From NCBI GenBank assembly GCA_964016885.1, contig OZ024760.1:15934001-15998000 (forward strand): a stretch of 64,000 bases of DNA, written 5' to 3'. The stretch comes from Eledone cirrhosa. Taxonomy: Eukaryota. Both the position numbers and the translations under genes were made by a program. The notes under the pieces were generated by a model, which was given only the letters and a program-made list of their open reading frames with translations, had not been told where the DNA came from and did not search any database. Positions 26,808 to 37,975 of the stretch are shown here, one piece after another; within the stretch, counting starts at the first letter, position 1; each line of letters opens with the position of its first letter.

Positions 26808-27094
26808 AGACTTGTCAACTCTCCCCATCCGGCGGGGAGATCTCCCAACCACTTTGGGTGGGCGAGAGATGTCTTCTCTTGTGAATATGGGTATAGCTTT
26901 CATAACTTTGCCTTTCATCCTTACGGGGGTCGATAAAATAAAGTACCAGTAATGCACTGGCGTAGTTGCTGGCCTTATGCCTAAAGTAGAAACACTTAGG
27001 TACAATTTCGATATTTTACTTCGTTTCTCATCGTTTTATGGGCACCTTTTTTCATGGTACTCTCCGTATGGGTTTTTAGAGGTTGGCAGGTCTG
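26808..27094. mobile_element. TIR MITE with nested SINE fragment in the TUBGCP5-SPTSSA divergent interval
   Basis: Same termini as 38838-39033 (AGACTTGTCAACTCT...GAGGTTGGCAGGTCTG), interrupted at about 26905-26995 by the GCCTTTCATCC SINE core. Confidence 0.75.
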
Positions 27095-27323
27095 TGGTCT
27101 CACATGGTGGGGGGGGGGGGGGGGGGTAAAGAACGTGGGGTGAGGGCGGGGGCATTATTCGAGACACGAGAGTACCTGCTGTAAAACAAGGGAAGTAATT
27201 ATGAAACTGGTGGAGGTGTAGTTAATTAGCCAACATCCGGATCCTGTTGACAAACCATAGCAATAATTATTGCTGGAAACACCTTTCTGTTGTAACCATT
27301 TGTAATTGAATTTACTGCTAAAC

Positions 27324-27590
27324 ATGTTTAAATCGATATGGAACTGGATCTCTTATTGGTACCTGCGGTTCATTCTCAGTATCGGAATCTACATGATGGA
27401 ACCAACCGAACGATGGATTGTTAATTCTATTTTGGTAGCTGTGTTTGCCATGTCTGTATATACAAGCTATATCTTTCTTCCTGGCCATTTCACAATGCTG
27501 GTGCGGTTTATCGAGTCATTCTCTGGATACGATGACAATGCTACAGATAGAGATATTAAACAAGCATCTGCTGCGACTATCACAAGTTAA
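27324..27590 (+). CDS. SPTSSA: Serine palmitoyltransferase small subunit (ssSPTa-like), single coding exon, 88 aa
   Basis: MFKSIWNWISYWYLRFILSIGIYMMEPTERWIVNSILVAVFAMSVYTSYIFLPGH matches the ssSPT pattern (W..YY.Y.L...LYMLEPWER..FNS......YT.YVF.P.H). ATG at 27324; AATAAA near 28003. Confidence 0.9.
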   Translation: MFKSIWNWISYWYLRFILSIGIYMMEPTERWIVNSILVAVFAMSVYTSYIFLPGHFTMLVRFIESFSGYDDNATDRDIKQASAATITS

Positions 27591-28067
27591 TTCCTACATC
27601 TAACTTTACAAATTCGTTGCAAATATTGATGTGATGTGGTATGGTATGGCGTGGCGTGTTTGTTGTGGCTGCACGGATTACAACTATAAACACTAAAGGG
27701 CAAAAATAAACCCACAAAAAACCATACAATTTTGTTGAGCATCTTGACAGTTTTGTATAAATTAATAACAGCTTCACGTAAGAACTACAGTGAAACACTC
27801 GCCATCCACAGTATTGACAACACAGTAATTTTTTTAACAATCATTAATTTAACAGCCATGAAATAATGTATTTAAAGCATTATTCTGGAAGGAAAATTTA
27901 TTTTATTATAAAACTAATAAACACTTTCGCTCAAGTGATTTCTTTCGCTTTTCCTTTATGAATATTTTAATATTCTTCTCTACATCTGCTAGGCAATCCT
28001 AGAATAAAGCGTACCGTTTTTATTTTTCTATCAGTTTTTTAAAATTAATTTTTACTTTGTTGCATTC

Positions 28068-28101
<34 letters not shown>

Positions 28102-29740
28102 CTGTAGCCATTTATTTCGTAAATTTGCTGTAAACTGCAAATTACAATTAAAAGCGCGGTTTAATTTATTCTTACTATATGTGAACGATATAATTAATTA
28201 TATTATTGTAATCATTGTTTTATTTACTAAAGTGAAAACAGTACGCTATAGTTCAGGATCGCCCTTTGTTATTCAATATTTGTTGTCAGATATTGGACTT
28301 TAACCCATTGCAAGCATTTGACCTCGGGTGATCATAATGGTATTGGAAAGTAATACGTTGTTACATAATAATGATTTCTATTATAGGCACAAGGCCAGCA
28401 ATTTTGGGGAGAGGAAAGTAGATTAAATCGACCCAGTGCGTCACTGGTTCTTTATTGTATCAACCCCGTAATAATAAAAATATATTATTAAAAGTTGGCT
28501 GATGGTTGTTACAATTAAAAGGCGGGGGGTAACAGGTTGACACTTTATTATTATTGTTGTCGTGTGTTTAAATATTTATGAAAGTTCTAGTTAGTATATT
28601 GCTTGGCAATTTGTGGGGAACGTTATCGATAATCTTATTATCGATCTAATAATAACTATGAAAAGCAAGTCGTACATATTTAGTAGAGATACAACAAAAG
28701 GGAGCAGATATACACCTTAATTTCCTTCGACCTTATACCCTCATCTAATATACCTACCTACAGGTAAAGAAGATATATATTTTCACCCTTATCAAACTTT
28801 TTTTCGGACAATATGCTTTACAGCATAGAGTTACGTCTCTTTAAATTCTGGTTTCAAATCCCGCTGAGGTTAGCTTTGTTTTTCACCCTTAAGGGGTGCA
28901 CTGGGGTCGATTTGATCGATGCCCCCCCCCCCCTTCTTCAAATTGCTGGCCTTGTGCATAAAGTAAAAACAATTATTGAAAGTCTATACATAAAAAAAGC
29001 TGTGGTCTTAAGAAATATCTTATTTAACTGTTATTTTACAGTCATTTATTCAGGTAGTTACTCATTATTTCATCTATATATTTATAGTCTGAATAAATAT
29101 CTTTCTTTAAATAAAACTGTTAGAATGTCGCTGGACAGATTTTACAGGTAAAACCCAACAGGCAGGAGATTTCAAATGTAAACATGGGTGTGGCAGGTTT
29201 AATTTCTTCAAAATTCTGTGAGGGTGATGTAAAAAGTGGAATTGTTTTCAGGTGAAAAACGAAAATTTACTGACGACACTTTATTACGTATGATTCACTA
29301 AATTTTTTATAATTACGTAGTAGCATACATCGTCTATTATGAGCGAAAATAAAATAAATATATAACTTATTAACTTATTTATACCGTAGAAAATAGATAT
29401 TGAAATGTTGGGTCCTTTTGTTGTTGTTGTTGTTGCTTAGCTCCAGCTCAGACCTAACTGAACATAGCTACCTGTATTTAAAGGTGTTCTAGTTGTGACT
29501 ATCCACAGTAAAAGCCATATTTAGGTCATTGGATAAAATGTGCGCTAGCCAAACATTTGTTAGTAGGTCGTTATGTTAAACGTCCATGCTTTAGAAGTAC
29601 GACTAATTAGAAAGTTTACAACAGTCTACCTTTATAACACACCTGAGTAATTTAAAGTCTGTGACACAATTGGAAAGAAATTCTTCATTTTGTATTCAAT
29701 GTCTAAATTGCATTAAACTTAAATCTCTCTCTCCCACACA

Positions 29741-29784
<44 letters not shown>

Positions 29785-29785
29785 C

Positions 29786-29862
29786 ACAGGGTGTCCAAAA
29801 AATATATACATACTTCAACAGCATTCTAATAAAAGTGTATACATTTTGGGGGGACACCCTGA
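29786..29862. mobile_element. Tc1/mariner-type mini MITE
   Basis: TA-CAGGGTGTCC...GGACACCCTG inverted termini. Confidence 0.7.
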
Positions 29863-30415
29863 AAATATAATTGTTCCTACTTTAGACACAAGGCCAGCAA
29901 TTTGAAGGGGAAGGGAAAGTCGATTAAATTGACCCGAGTGTGACATTGGTACTTTATTTTATCAACCCCATATGGATGAAAGGTAAAGCTAACCTTGGTG
30001 GGATTTGAACTCAGAATGTGTGCGTTCGTGTGTACACACACATATATATCCCTCAAGCACTGATGGTGATTATCGCTAAATATTGATGTTGATCTGGTTA
30101 TCAATATTAATATTATTGGGCAGCCACTGAAGATTTATAAGAGTCCACTTGAATAAGTATCTGTTGATCTTATACAAGCTTCTACATAAATTGGTATAAT
30201 TTCACCCAACTTGTAGAAATCTTATAATGAAACGAGTCGTCTGGGAAGAGATATATTTGATATATCTCATATGAAATGATACAGCCAATTCTCCACACAA
30301 TACAATTAGTTGGCACCCCGAATGTTTAATTAGGAATATACTCAGGTATTTCCTAATGTTTGTTGAGTGAGTTGGAATTTGGCCGGAGTATCGCTATTAG
30401 CTTTCTCTGATTATG

Positions 30416-30452
<37 letters not shown>

Positions 30453-30457
<5 letters not shown>

Positions 30458-30650
30458 AGGGGTGTTGAAAAGTTCCTGGCTTGATCGCTGCTATGGAGGC
30501 CTGGTTGGATTACAGGGCCTAGAAAAACTGAAGGATGGCTGCAATAAGTGTGTGAATCTGAGAGGGGAATATGTTGAATAAAATCATAATTAACTGATCC
30601 TCCTGTATTTTCTTTTACCCAAAGCCAGGAACTTTTCAACATGCTCTTGT
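30453..30650. mobile_element. mariner-type MITE
   Basis: TACAAGGGGTGTTGAAAAGTTCCTGGCTT...AAGCCAGGAACTTTTCAACATGCTCTTGT TIRs. Confidence 0.8.
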
Positions 30651-31725
30651 GTGTGTGTGTTGTTGTTGTTACAGCTCACACCTATGCAGATTTAGCTGCC
30701 CTCCTCCAAGGTATATCTCGTTGGAGGTATCTTGGGTAATTTAATGATAGAGACCCCAGTCCTATCATCACATTTATACAGCTGAGTAAACTGGAGCAAC
30801 GTGAAATAAAGTGTCTTGCTCAAGGAAACAACATATCACTCGGCCCGAGAATTGAACTCACAACCTTTCAATATATAGTCACTCTAATCCAGCTGACCTG
30901 TTTTTAGTTTATTGGGACAGTTATTTCACCCTCATGCTCACTTCAGTTATCTCCACCCTTCACATATCCTCTGTATATGTCTCACATCACATAGCCGGCC
31001 TTCTGTTTAAGGAGTGAAACCTTTTTTTCAATAGAAGTAGGTAGGTTGGGGTTTCATTATGTAAACTAAACAACTAATTCTGGTTTTTAAAACAATTAAT
31101 GGTGACAACCTAGAAAAATTACAGGGACCCGAGAGTCCTTTAGAAAATGAAAAGGTCCTAAAACACTGGATGATGTGTCATCAATAAGAATAATCTACTG
31201 TGAAAGATGACTTTGTTAAAACAAAACTTAAATAAGAAGATATTTTTAATGGCAAAAATATTGAGAAATATTTACAAAGATATGCACTATATGAATTAAA
31301 TATCCTATCATCTTAAACACAGTCAAAGATTTTTTTTCAATCAATATTTGCTGGGGGGTTTTTTTTGTTGTTTTTTTGCTCTTCACAATGGCTTCAGATT
31401 TATTTTCCAGTGAAAGGAAATTTTACTGAGGTGGACTGTGCACATTACAAAATAGAACACCTCACCTCAATCTTTAGTGCGCTAGTAATTTTTAGGAGTT
31501 GTTTCCCTTGACACTGCATTATCTATTAAGGAGAGATTACTCTATGGTGCATTTTGTCACCTCCAGCACTCTAAAGATTAAGTTCCTCTATTATCAAAGT
31601 TTGCTAGAAATGATAGGACATTTGTGTTTCTCAAAGTTCAGTGCAACGATACACAATAGATAGCTGGAAATATATATAACAGCTCCAATAAGTGTCTTCA
31701 GGATACTACAACTCACAGAAATCAA

Positions 31726-34700
31726 TCAGCCAGTCTTTCTCATAGTAATCATCGTATTGATCTCCCAAATTATTGTCCGAATGTGATCAATCACCTCCTT
31801 CAGCTGACGGCTCTTCAACTGTATTCGCTAAAACAAAGAGAGAAACCAATACAGATTTAATTAACAGTAGAACTAACACAGTGTGATTCAAAATAAAGGT
31901 ATACAATTATCCCCCAGTATTTGCATGGGTTAAGTTTCTAGAGCACCCACGGAGAGTGAAAATCTGTGAATATTGGACGTGGCCCGTAAAAATGCCTATA
32001 AACATCAAAACAACGTAAGATATAGGCTGGCAAATACGGTATATTGTTATTAATAATTTAGTGTTGTCATGTCCTTGATACAAGGTTGTCATGTCCTTGA
32101 TACAGCTAAAGAGTCCTATACCAAGTGCATCTAGTTCTAGAGAGGTTGTCATGTCCTTGATACAGCTAAAGAGTCCTATACCAAGTGCATCTAGTACTAG
32201 AGAGGTTGTCATGTCTTTGACACAGCTGCAGAGTCTTCTACCAAGTGCATCTAGTACTAGAGAGGTTGTCATGTCTTTGACACAGCTGCAGAGTCTTCTA
32301 CCAAGTACATCTAGTACTAGAGAGGTTGTCATGTCTTTGACACAGCTGCAGAGTCTTCTACCAAGTACATCTAGTACTAGAGAGGTTGTCATGTCTTTGA
32401 CACAGCTGCAGAGTGCTCAACCGAGTGCACCAATACTAAGAAGGTTGTCATGTCTTTGACACAGCTAAAGAGTCCTGTGCTCTGCCAAGTGCATCCAGTA
32501 CTAGAGATGCTGTCATGTCTTTGACAGAGCTAAAGAGTCTTCCTGACCCTTTAAAAAATCAAACAGTTCTTTAAAATAGTTAAACTATTACAAGAATTTT
32601 TAAGAAAACAAACAAGAAAACTTACTTCAACCATATCTCGATGTTCTTCAGAAACAATTTGGTAAAGGTTATTTTTCTCAGCATCTCGAAGGAATTCTGT
32701 ATTGTAGTCTTTGTTACAAATGGGTATAAGATTCTACAGAAATAACAAAAGGTAAATTACTGAAGTAATGATAGTTTCTGATTTAGGCACAAGGCCAGCA
32801 ATTACTTTGAAGAGGACGGGAAAGGCGATTAAATTGATCCTAGTGCATTACTGGTACTTCATTTTATCGATTCTGTAAGTATTAACAGCAAGGCTAACCT
32901 CAGCGGGATTTGAACGCAGAATGTAAAGGGACATAACTATATGCTGCAAACTATGTTGTTCAACGCTCTTACAATACTGCCAACCCAATTAATCATAATA
33001 ATAATGCTTTTTGATTTTTGGCACAATATCACATACCACTTTACAGAGTGTAATGGGTGCATTTTATAATAATTTATAATCTTTTAACCCTTTAGCATTT
33101 AAACTGGCTGTATCTGGCCAGAATTCTCTCACCTCTTTCTGTTGAAACTGGCTGTAACCAGCCACTCATACTGATGTTAAGGTATTGTTCTCAAAATAAA
33201 TAATATCAAAATCTCATAGATTCGATATTATGTGAGATAAAGACTTTACTGTGAAAATACAATAGTATATATAGAGTAATGTAAATGCTAAAAGGTTAAA
33301 GTTTCTTTAAAATATAAATACAATTTAACAATTATGAAATAAATTCCAAATATTAAGTAATTCTTTCAATATTCTTACCTCAGAAGAAAACATAGCTTCT
33401 CTTGGGCCGGTACTTTCCTCAACTTTTTCAGAGATTATGCGAAGTTTTCGGAAACTTATATTCAAAATCCTCATTTGATCATCGAGTTTATTTTTCTTCT
33501 CTTGGTATTGTTGCACATTAGGGGAAACACCATTAGGTAACTGCAATAAAAATTATATAAAACATTTAAAAAAATCATCGACGGATCAAAGTTTGGTACT
33601 ACAGACATGTGGTTAGAATGTCTAAGGAAAGTGTTACAGGATAGATCAAAGTTTGGTACTACAGACATGTGGTTAGAATGTCTAAGATAGTGGTTCCTAA
33701 AGTGGGTTCCATGGAGCCCAAGGGTTTCACAAAAGAGTGTCTGGGGTTCCATGAAAAAAGGTAGAGGAGTATATTTATATTACAACCATATAACAGTATT
33801 AGACTTTGGGGTTCCCCCAAAAGTCTCTGAAACAAAAAGAGTTCCATGTTCGAAAAAGTTTGAGAAACCCTGGTCTAAAGAAAGTATTACTGGACAGATG
33901 AAAGCTTTGGTACTACAGACATGTGGTTAGAATGTCTAAGGAAAGTATTACTGCACAGGTCAAAGCTTTGGTATTACAGACACTGTAGTGACATATGCAA
34001 CCCCTTATGTCACTACGGTGCCCCTACAACTCTATCAGAAGTTACTGGCACTTACAAATATAGATTCTTAAAACTGGAATACATGGAAGCATGCATCAAA
34101 ACAACTGAAAATATTAACCCTTTAGCATTCACATTACTCTATATTTACTATTGTATTTTCATGGTAAAGGCTTTACCTCACATAATATCAAATCTATGAG
34201 ACTTTGGTATTATTTATTTTGAAAACAATACCTTAACATCAGTATGAGTTGCCAGTTACAGCCAGTTTGAACAGAAAGAGGTGAGAGAATTCTGGCTGGA
34301 TATTGGAAAGTTTAACCTTTTAGCATTTAAACTGGCATATCCGGCCAGAATTCTCTCGCCTCTTTCTGTTCAAATTGGCAATAACTGGTCACTCATACTG
34401 ATGTTAAGGTATTGTTCTCAAAATAAATAATATCAAAATCTGATAGATTAGATGTTATGTGAGACAAAGCCTTTACCATGAAAATACAATAGTAAACATA
34501 GAGTAATGTAAATGTTATTCGAGATAATAATGTGAGTTAAAGCCTTTACCATGAAAATATATATAGAGTAATGTAAATATGTGAGATAATAATGTGAGTT
34601 AAAGCCTTTAATGTAAATGCTAAAGGGTTAACTGAATAAGAGAATAAGTGAAAACTTACTGATATTGTTTTCAGGATACTGAAGATATCTGCAGCCCTTT

Positions 34701-35031
34701 GTACTGTATCGTGTACAATCTCTTGACCTAGCCGACACAACGAAACACTGTTCACTTCTTTAGGGAGCTGGCCTCCTTGCTGGCTTCCAGCAACATTACT
34801 TGCTAACTGATTACCTCCTCCTTGGCCTAGCATACCACCACCGGTCTGTGATTGTAGCATGTTAGGGCCTTGGCTGTTCTGTTGACCACTTTGGGCTTGA
34901 GCGTGCATTTGCTGTTGTGACATGGATGGTACTAATCCTGAGCCGACCATTGACGGTGTTTGACCAGAGATACCTGTGTTTAGATATATGTTACTTCCTT
35001 GTGATCCTCCATACGAATGATTACCTGCCAT
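31726..35031 (-). CDS. MED30: Mediator of RNA polymerase II transcription subunit 30, 4 coding exons, 247 aa
   Basis: Exons 34660-35031, 33379-33540, 32626-32733, 31726-31827, all phase 0. Motifs EVNSVSLCRLGQEIVHDTV, LPNGV, FRKLRII, QLKEVIDHIRTIIWEINTMITMR. Confidence 0.95.
32083..32545. repeat. 60-bp minisatellite, about 7.5 copies, in the last MED30 intron
   Basis: Unit AGGTTGTCATGTCTTTGACACAGCTGCAGAGTCTTCTACCAAGTGCATCTAGTACTAGAG. Confidence 0.92.
33084..33299. mobile_element. piggyBac-type MITE
   Basis: TTAA-flanked, same family as 18847. Confidence 0.85.
33688..33872. mobile_element. hAT-type MITE inserted in a tandem repeat of an RTE fragment
   Basis: TAGTGGTTCCTAAA...TTTGAGAAACCCTG termini; near-perfect 8-bp TSD GTCTAAGA/GTCTAAAG. 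Confidence 0.75.
34113..34631. mobile_element. Two adjacent piggyBac-type MITEs in opposite orientation
   Basis: Copy 34113-34315 (reverse) and copy 34313-34631 (forward) meet at a TTAA. Confidence 0.8.
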
Positions 35032-36422
35032 CTAAAACAACTGTAACAAAAAACAGTAGTTAGTGACAAGGAATAATAATAATAATTGTTTCTACTTTCG
35101 GCACAAGGCCAGCAATTACCCAGTACATTACTGGTACTTTATTTTATCGCCCCCGTAAGTATGAAAGGCAAAGTTAAATTCGGCGGATCCGAACCCAGAA
35201 TGTAAAGGGCCATAGCTCTAAGCTGCAAAGCATGGCGTCTGACGCTCTACCGATACTGCCAAAATAATAATTGTTTCTACTTTTGGCACAAGGCCAGGAA
35301 TTATCCCAGTGTATTACTGGTACTTTATTTCATCGACCCCGTAAAGATGAAAGGCAAAGATTTCTACTACTACTTCTCAGAGAACCGAAACGAATACCAG
35401 AAAGCATTCTATAGGACGTTCTAACAACTCATTTTAATTTGCCGACTATAATGAGTAATTAATTCTATAAAATATACAGATTTCATTGACAATAGATTTA
35501 ATAAAAAATAAAAAATAAAAAATAAATAAAAAAAATGAAAATATCTTGTTCGATTCACCGGATTTCGCGTGATCCGTCCATAACAGGAATATACGCAATG
35601 AATCCGGTGGCGAATAGCACGAAATATTTTCATTTTCTTCATTCCAGATCTATTGTCAATGTAACTCAAAATACACTTATAAAATTTTGAAAAGCGTACG
35701 TCCTAAAGTTAACCGTTTTATTTACACATATATAAAATATTTAGAGAGAAACCCAAACACTAACATTCTCCAATCTAGTGTGTGTAATTAAATGTATGTG
35801 TTCTGATGTTTTAATTTTCCTTTTATTTTCTACTATTATTTGTCAATCATATAAAACAGAGTACCAGTCACGTACGGAAGCCGATGTAATGACATTTCCC
35901 TTCCCCACAAATTGTTGGCCTTGTGCCTAAATTAGAAATCATTATTTGTCAATCATAGTGATTATATAAATTGTATTCATTTATTCATATGTTTAAAAAC
36001 AACAACAAAATTATTATATGATATTTCAAATTGTCAAACCCAACCGGCAACAGACACAAATGTTAACCAGGAGTAAGGTGGTTGGACAACATCCACGGAG
36101 TTCGGTTGGGGATACATCAGGATCGTTTAAAGATAAAAACCCTCTAGAAGGTATGTCTGAGGACTCTGCCAGGACGACCCTCTCGGGAAATAAATGGGCG
36201 AAGAAGATGAAGAGGAAGAATCTATATATATTTTACATATATAAATAAACATCATATATTCCTTAAACACGTTTTCGTTGCAGGATTTCACCAAAGCATA
36301 AACACTGTAATATAATACTATAGAATAGCTAAAAGAAAGATCATTTAACGTGACTAAAGCGATTCCTAAAATATAGCAGTATAGATATATATATGCTGCT
36401 AGATATAAACAGTTTTACTTAC

Positions 36423-36520
36423 AGAGTAATCACTATAAATGAAGACTCAAGTTACGGGAATTAACAGCAGAAATATCCAAGCGCCATATTCTTTATATTC
36501 GTGACGTCATTTCCGCTGTC
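36423..36520 (-). promoter_or_regulatory. Probable MED30 promoter and non-coding first exon
   Basis: Minus-strand donor CT|GTAAGT at 36422. YY1-like AATATGGCG at about 36482-36490. Perfect CRE palindrome TGACGTCA at 36502-36509. Confidence 0.55.
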
Positions 36521-37346
36521 AATATGGAAGACCAGAGAGGAAATAGGATTTACACCGGTTTTTTTCCCTTGTTTTCTCCTATTATATGTTGTAGTGTTGT
36601 AACGTATATACATACATACATACATACATACATACATACTGAGCACAGTACACAATTTTCATTAGTCTTTACGATCTGAGTTCAAATCCCGCCGAGGTTA
36701 ACTTTGCCTTTAATCCTTACGGGGGTCGATAAAATAAAGTACCAGTAATGCACTGAAATAATTGCTGGCCTTGTGCCAAAAGTAGAAACAATTATTATAC
36801 ATATATACACACACATACATGTATACATACGTACATACATGTAGCGGTACTCCGTCGGTTATGACGACGAGTGTTCAATTTAATTCAATCAATGAAACAT
36901 GAAATTAAATAGAAAATGACTGAGCATTCCACAAATACGCGTACCCTCACCAATGGAAAGACCAATGAAACATTGTTTCTTTGGTCCAATTTGATGAGTT
37001 CTTCCTGACTTGGTAAGCAAATGAGGTCTGGGGTCTTGTCAATTGATTGACATGAGGTCAGGGGTCAAACAACAACAACAACATTAGTAGTAGTAGTAAA
37101 TATTAATTTAATCTTTCAAGAACATTACATAATATCAGAAAACAACAAAGGTTCTTATATAAAATGTTGAAAGTAGGTTTAAGTTTAAATAAAATACTTT
37201 AATATAAATAGTTCTGTATGATAGAACCTTATGTAGTCTGAAGTAGGTTAGGAGTGAGTTATTATTTAGTGTATGTATGTGTGTTGGTGAGGGTGGTATG
37301 TATGTGAGGAAGTATGTATGTGTGTGTGTATGTATATATATACACA

Positions 37347-37731
37347 TGGCTTAGTGGTTAGAGCATTGGCCTTGCAATCGAAAGGTTGTGAGTTCAATTC
37401 TCAGACCGGGTGTTGTATTGTTTCCTTGAGCAAGACACTTTATTTCACATTGTTCCAGTTTACTCGGCTGTAGAAATGAGATGATAGGGACTTCGGTCCC
37501 TATCATTCCACTGTAAAGTGGTTGTGGAGGTGTCATGTCAAAAAAGCACCCAGCCCACACTGTAAAGTGGACATGGAGGTGCCATGGAAAAAAAGCACCC
37601 AGCACTCACTGTAAATGAGGTTGGTGTTAGGAAGGGCATCCAGCTGTAGAAATCAAGCCAGAATCAGTTCCTGTCCCACCCTTGCAAGCACGGAATAAGC
37701 GGACGTAAAATGATGATGTTGATGATGATGA

Positions 37732-37735
<4 letters not shown>
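37347..37735 (+). mobile_element. Full-length tRNA-derived CORE-like SINE
   Basis: A box TGGCTTAGTGG, B box GAGTTCAATTC, CORE-like CCTTGAGCAAGACACTTTATTTCACATTG...GCTGTAGAAATGAG, (GAT)n tail. Confidence 0.85.
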
Positions 37736-37767
<32 letters not shown>

Positions 37768-37975
37768 GTGTGTGTGTGAGTGGGTATGTATATGAGGGGG
37801 TTTGTATATGTGTGTGACTGAATTTGTATGTGGGGAGGGGGGTATGTATGTGCATGTATAAATGTGTGTGTGTGTGTGTTTATACTTACGTATTGAACAT
37901 AACAAGAATGATGGTGATGAACATAAAAACAAGAAGCCACCAGATATTCAACTTTGAGTTGTTTCAACTCAGAAA

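Noticed and set aside
27306-27323. TTG start for the ssSPT ORF
   Set aside because: The in-frame ATG at 27324 fits the family N-terminus.
37347-37420. tRNA-like sequence (also 43213 and 63911)
   Set aside because: A and B boxes run into a SINE body; no complete cloverleaf or acceptor stem.
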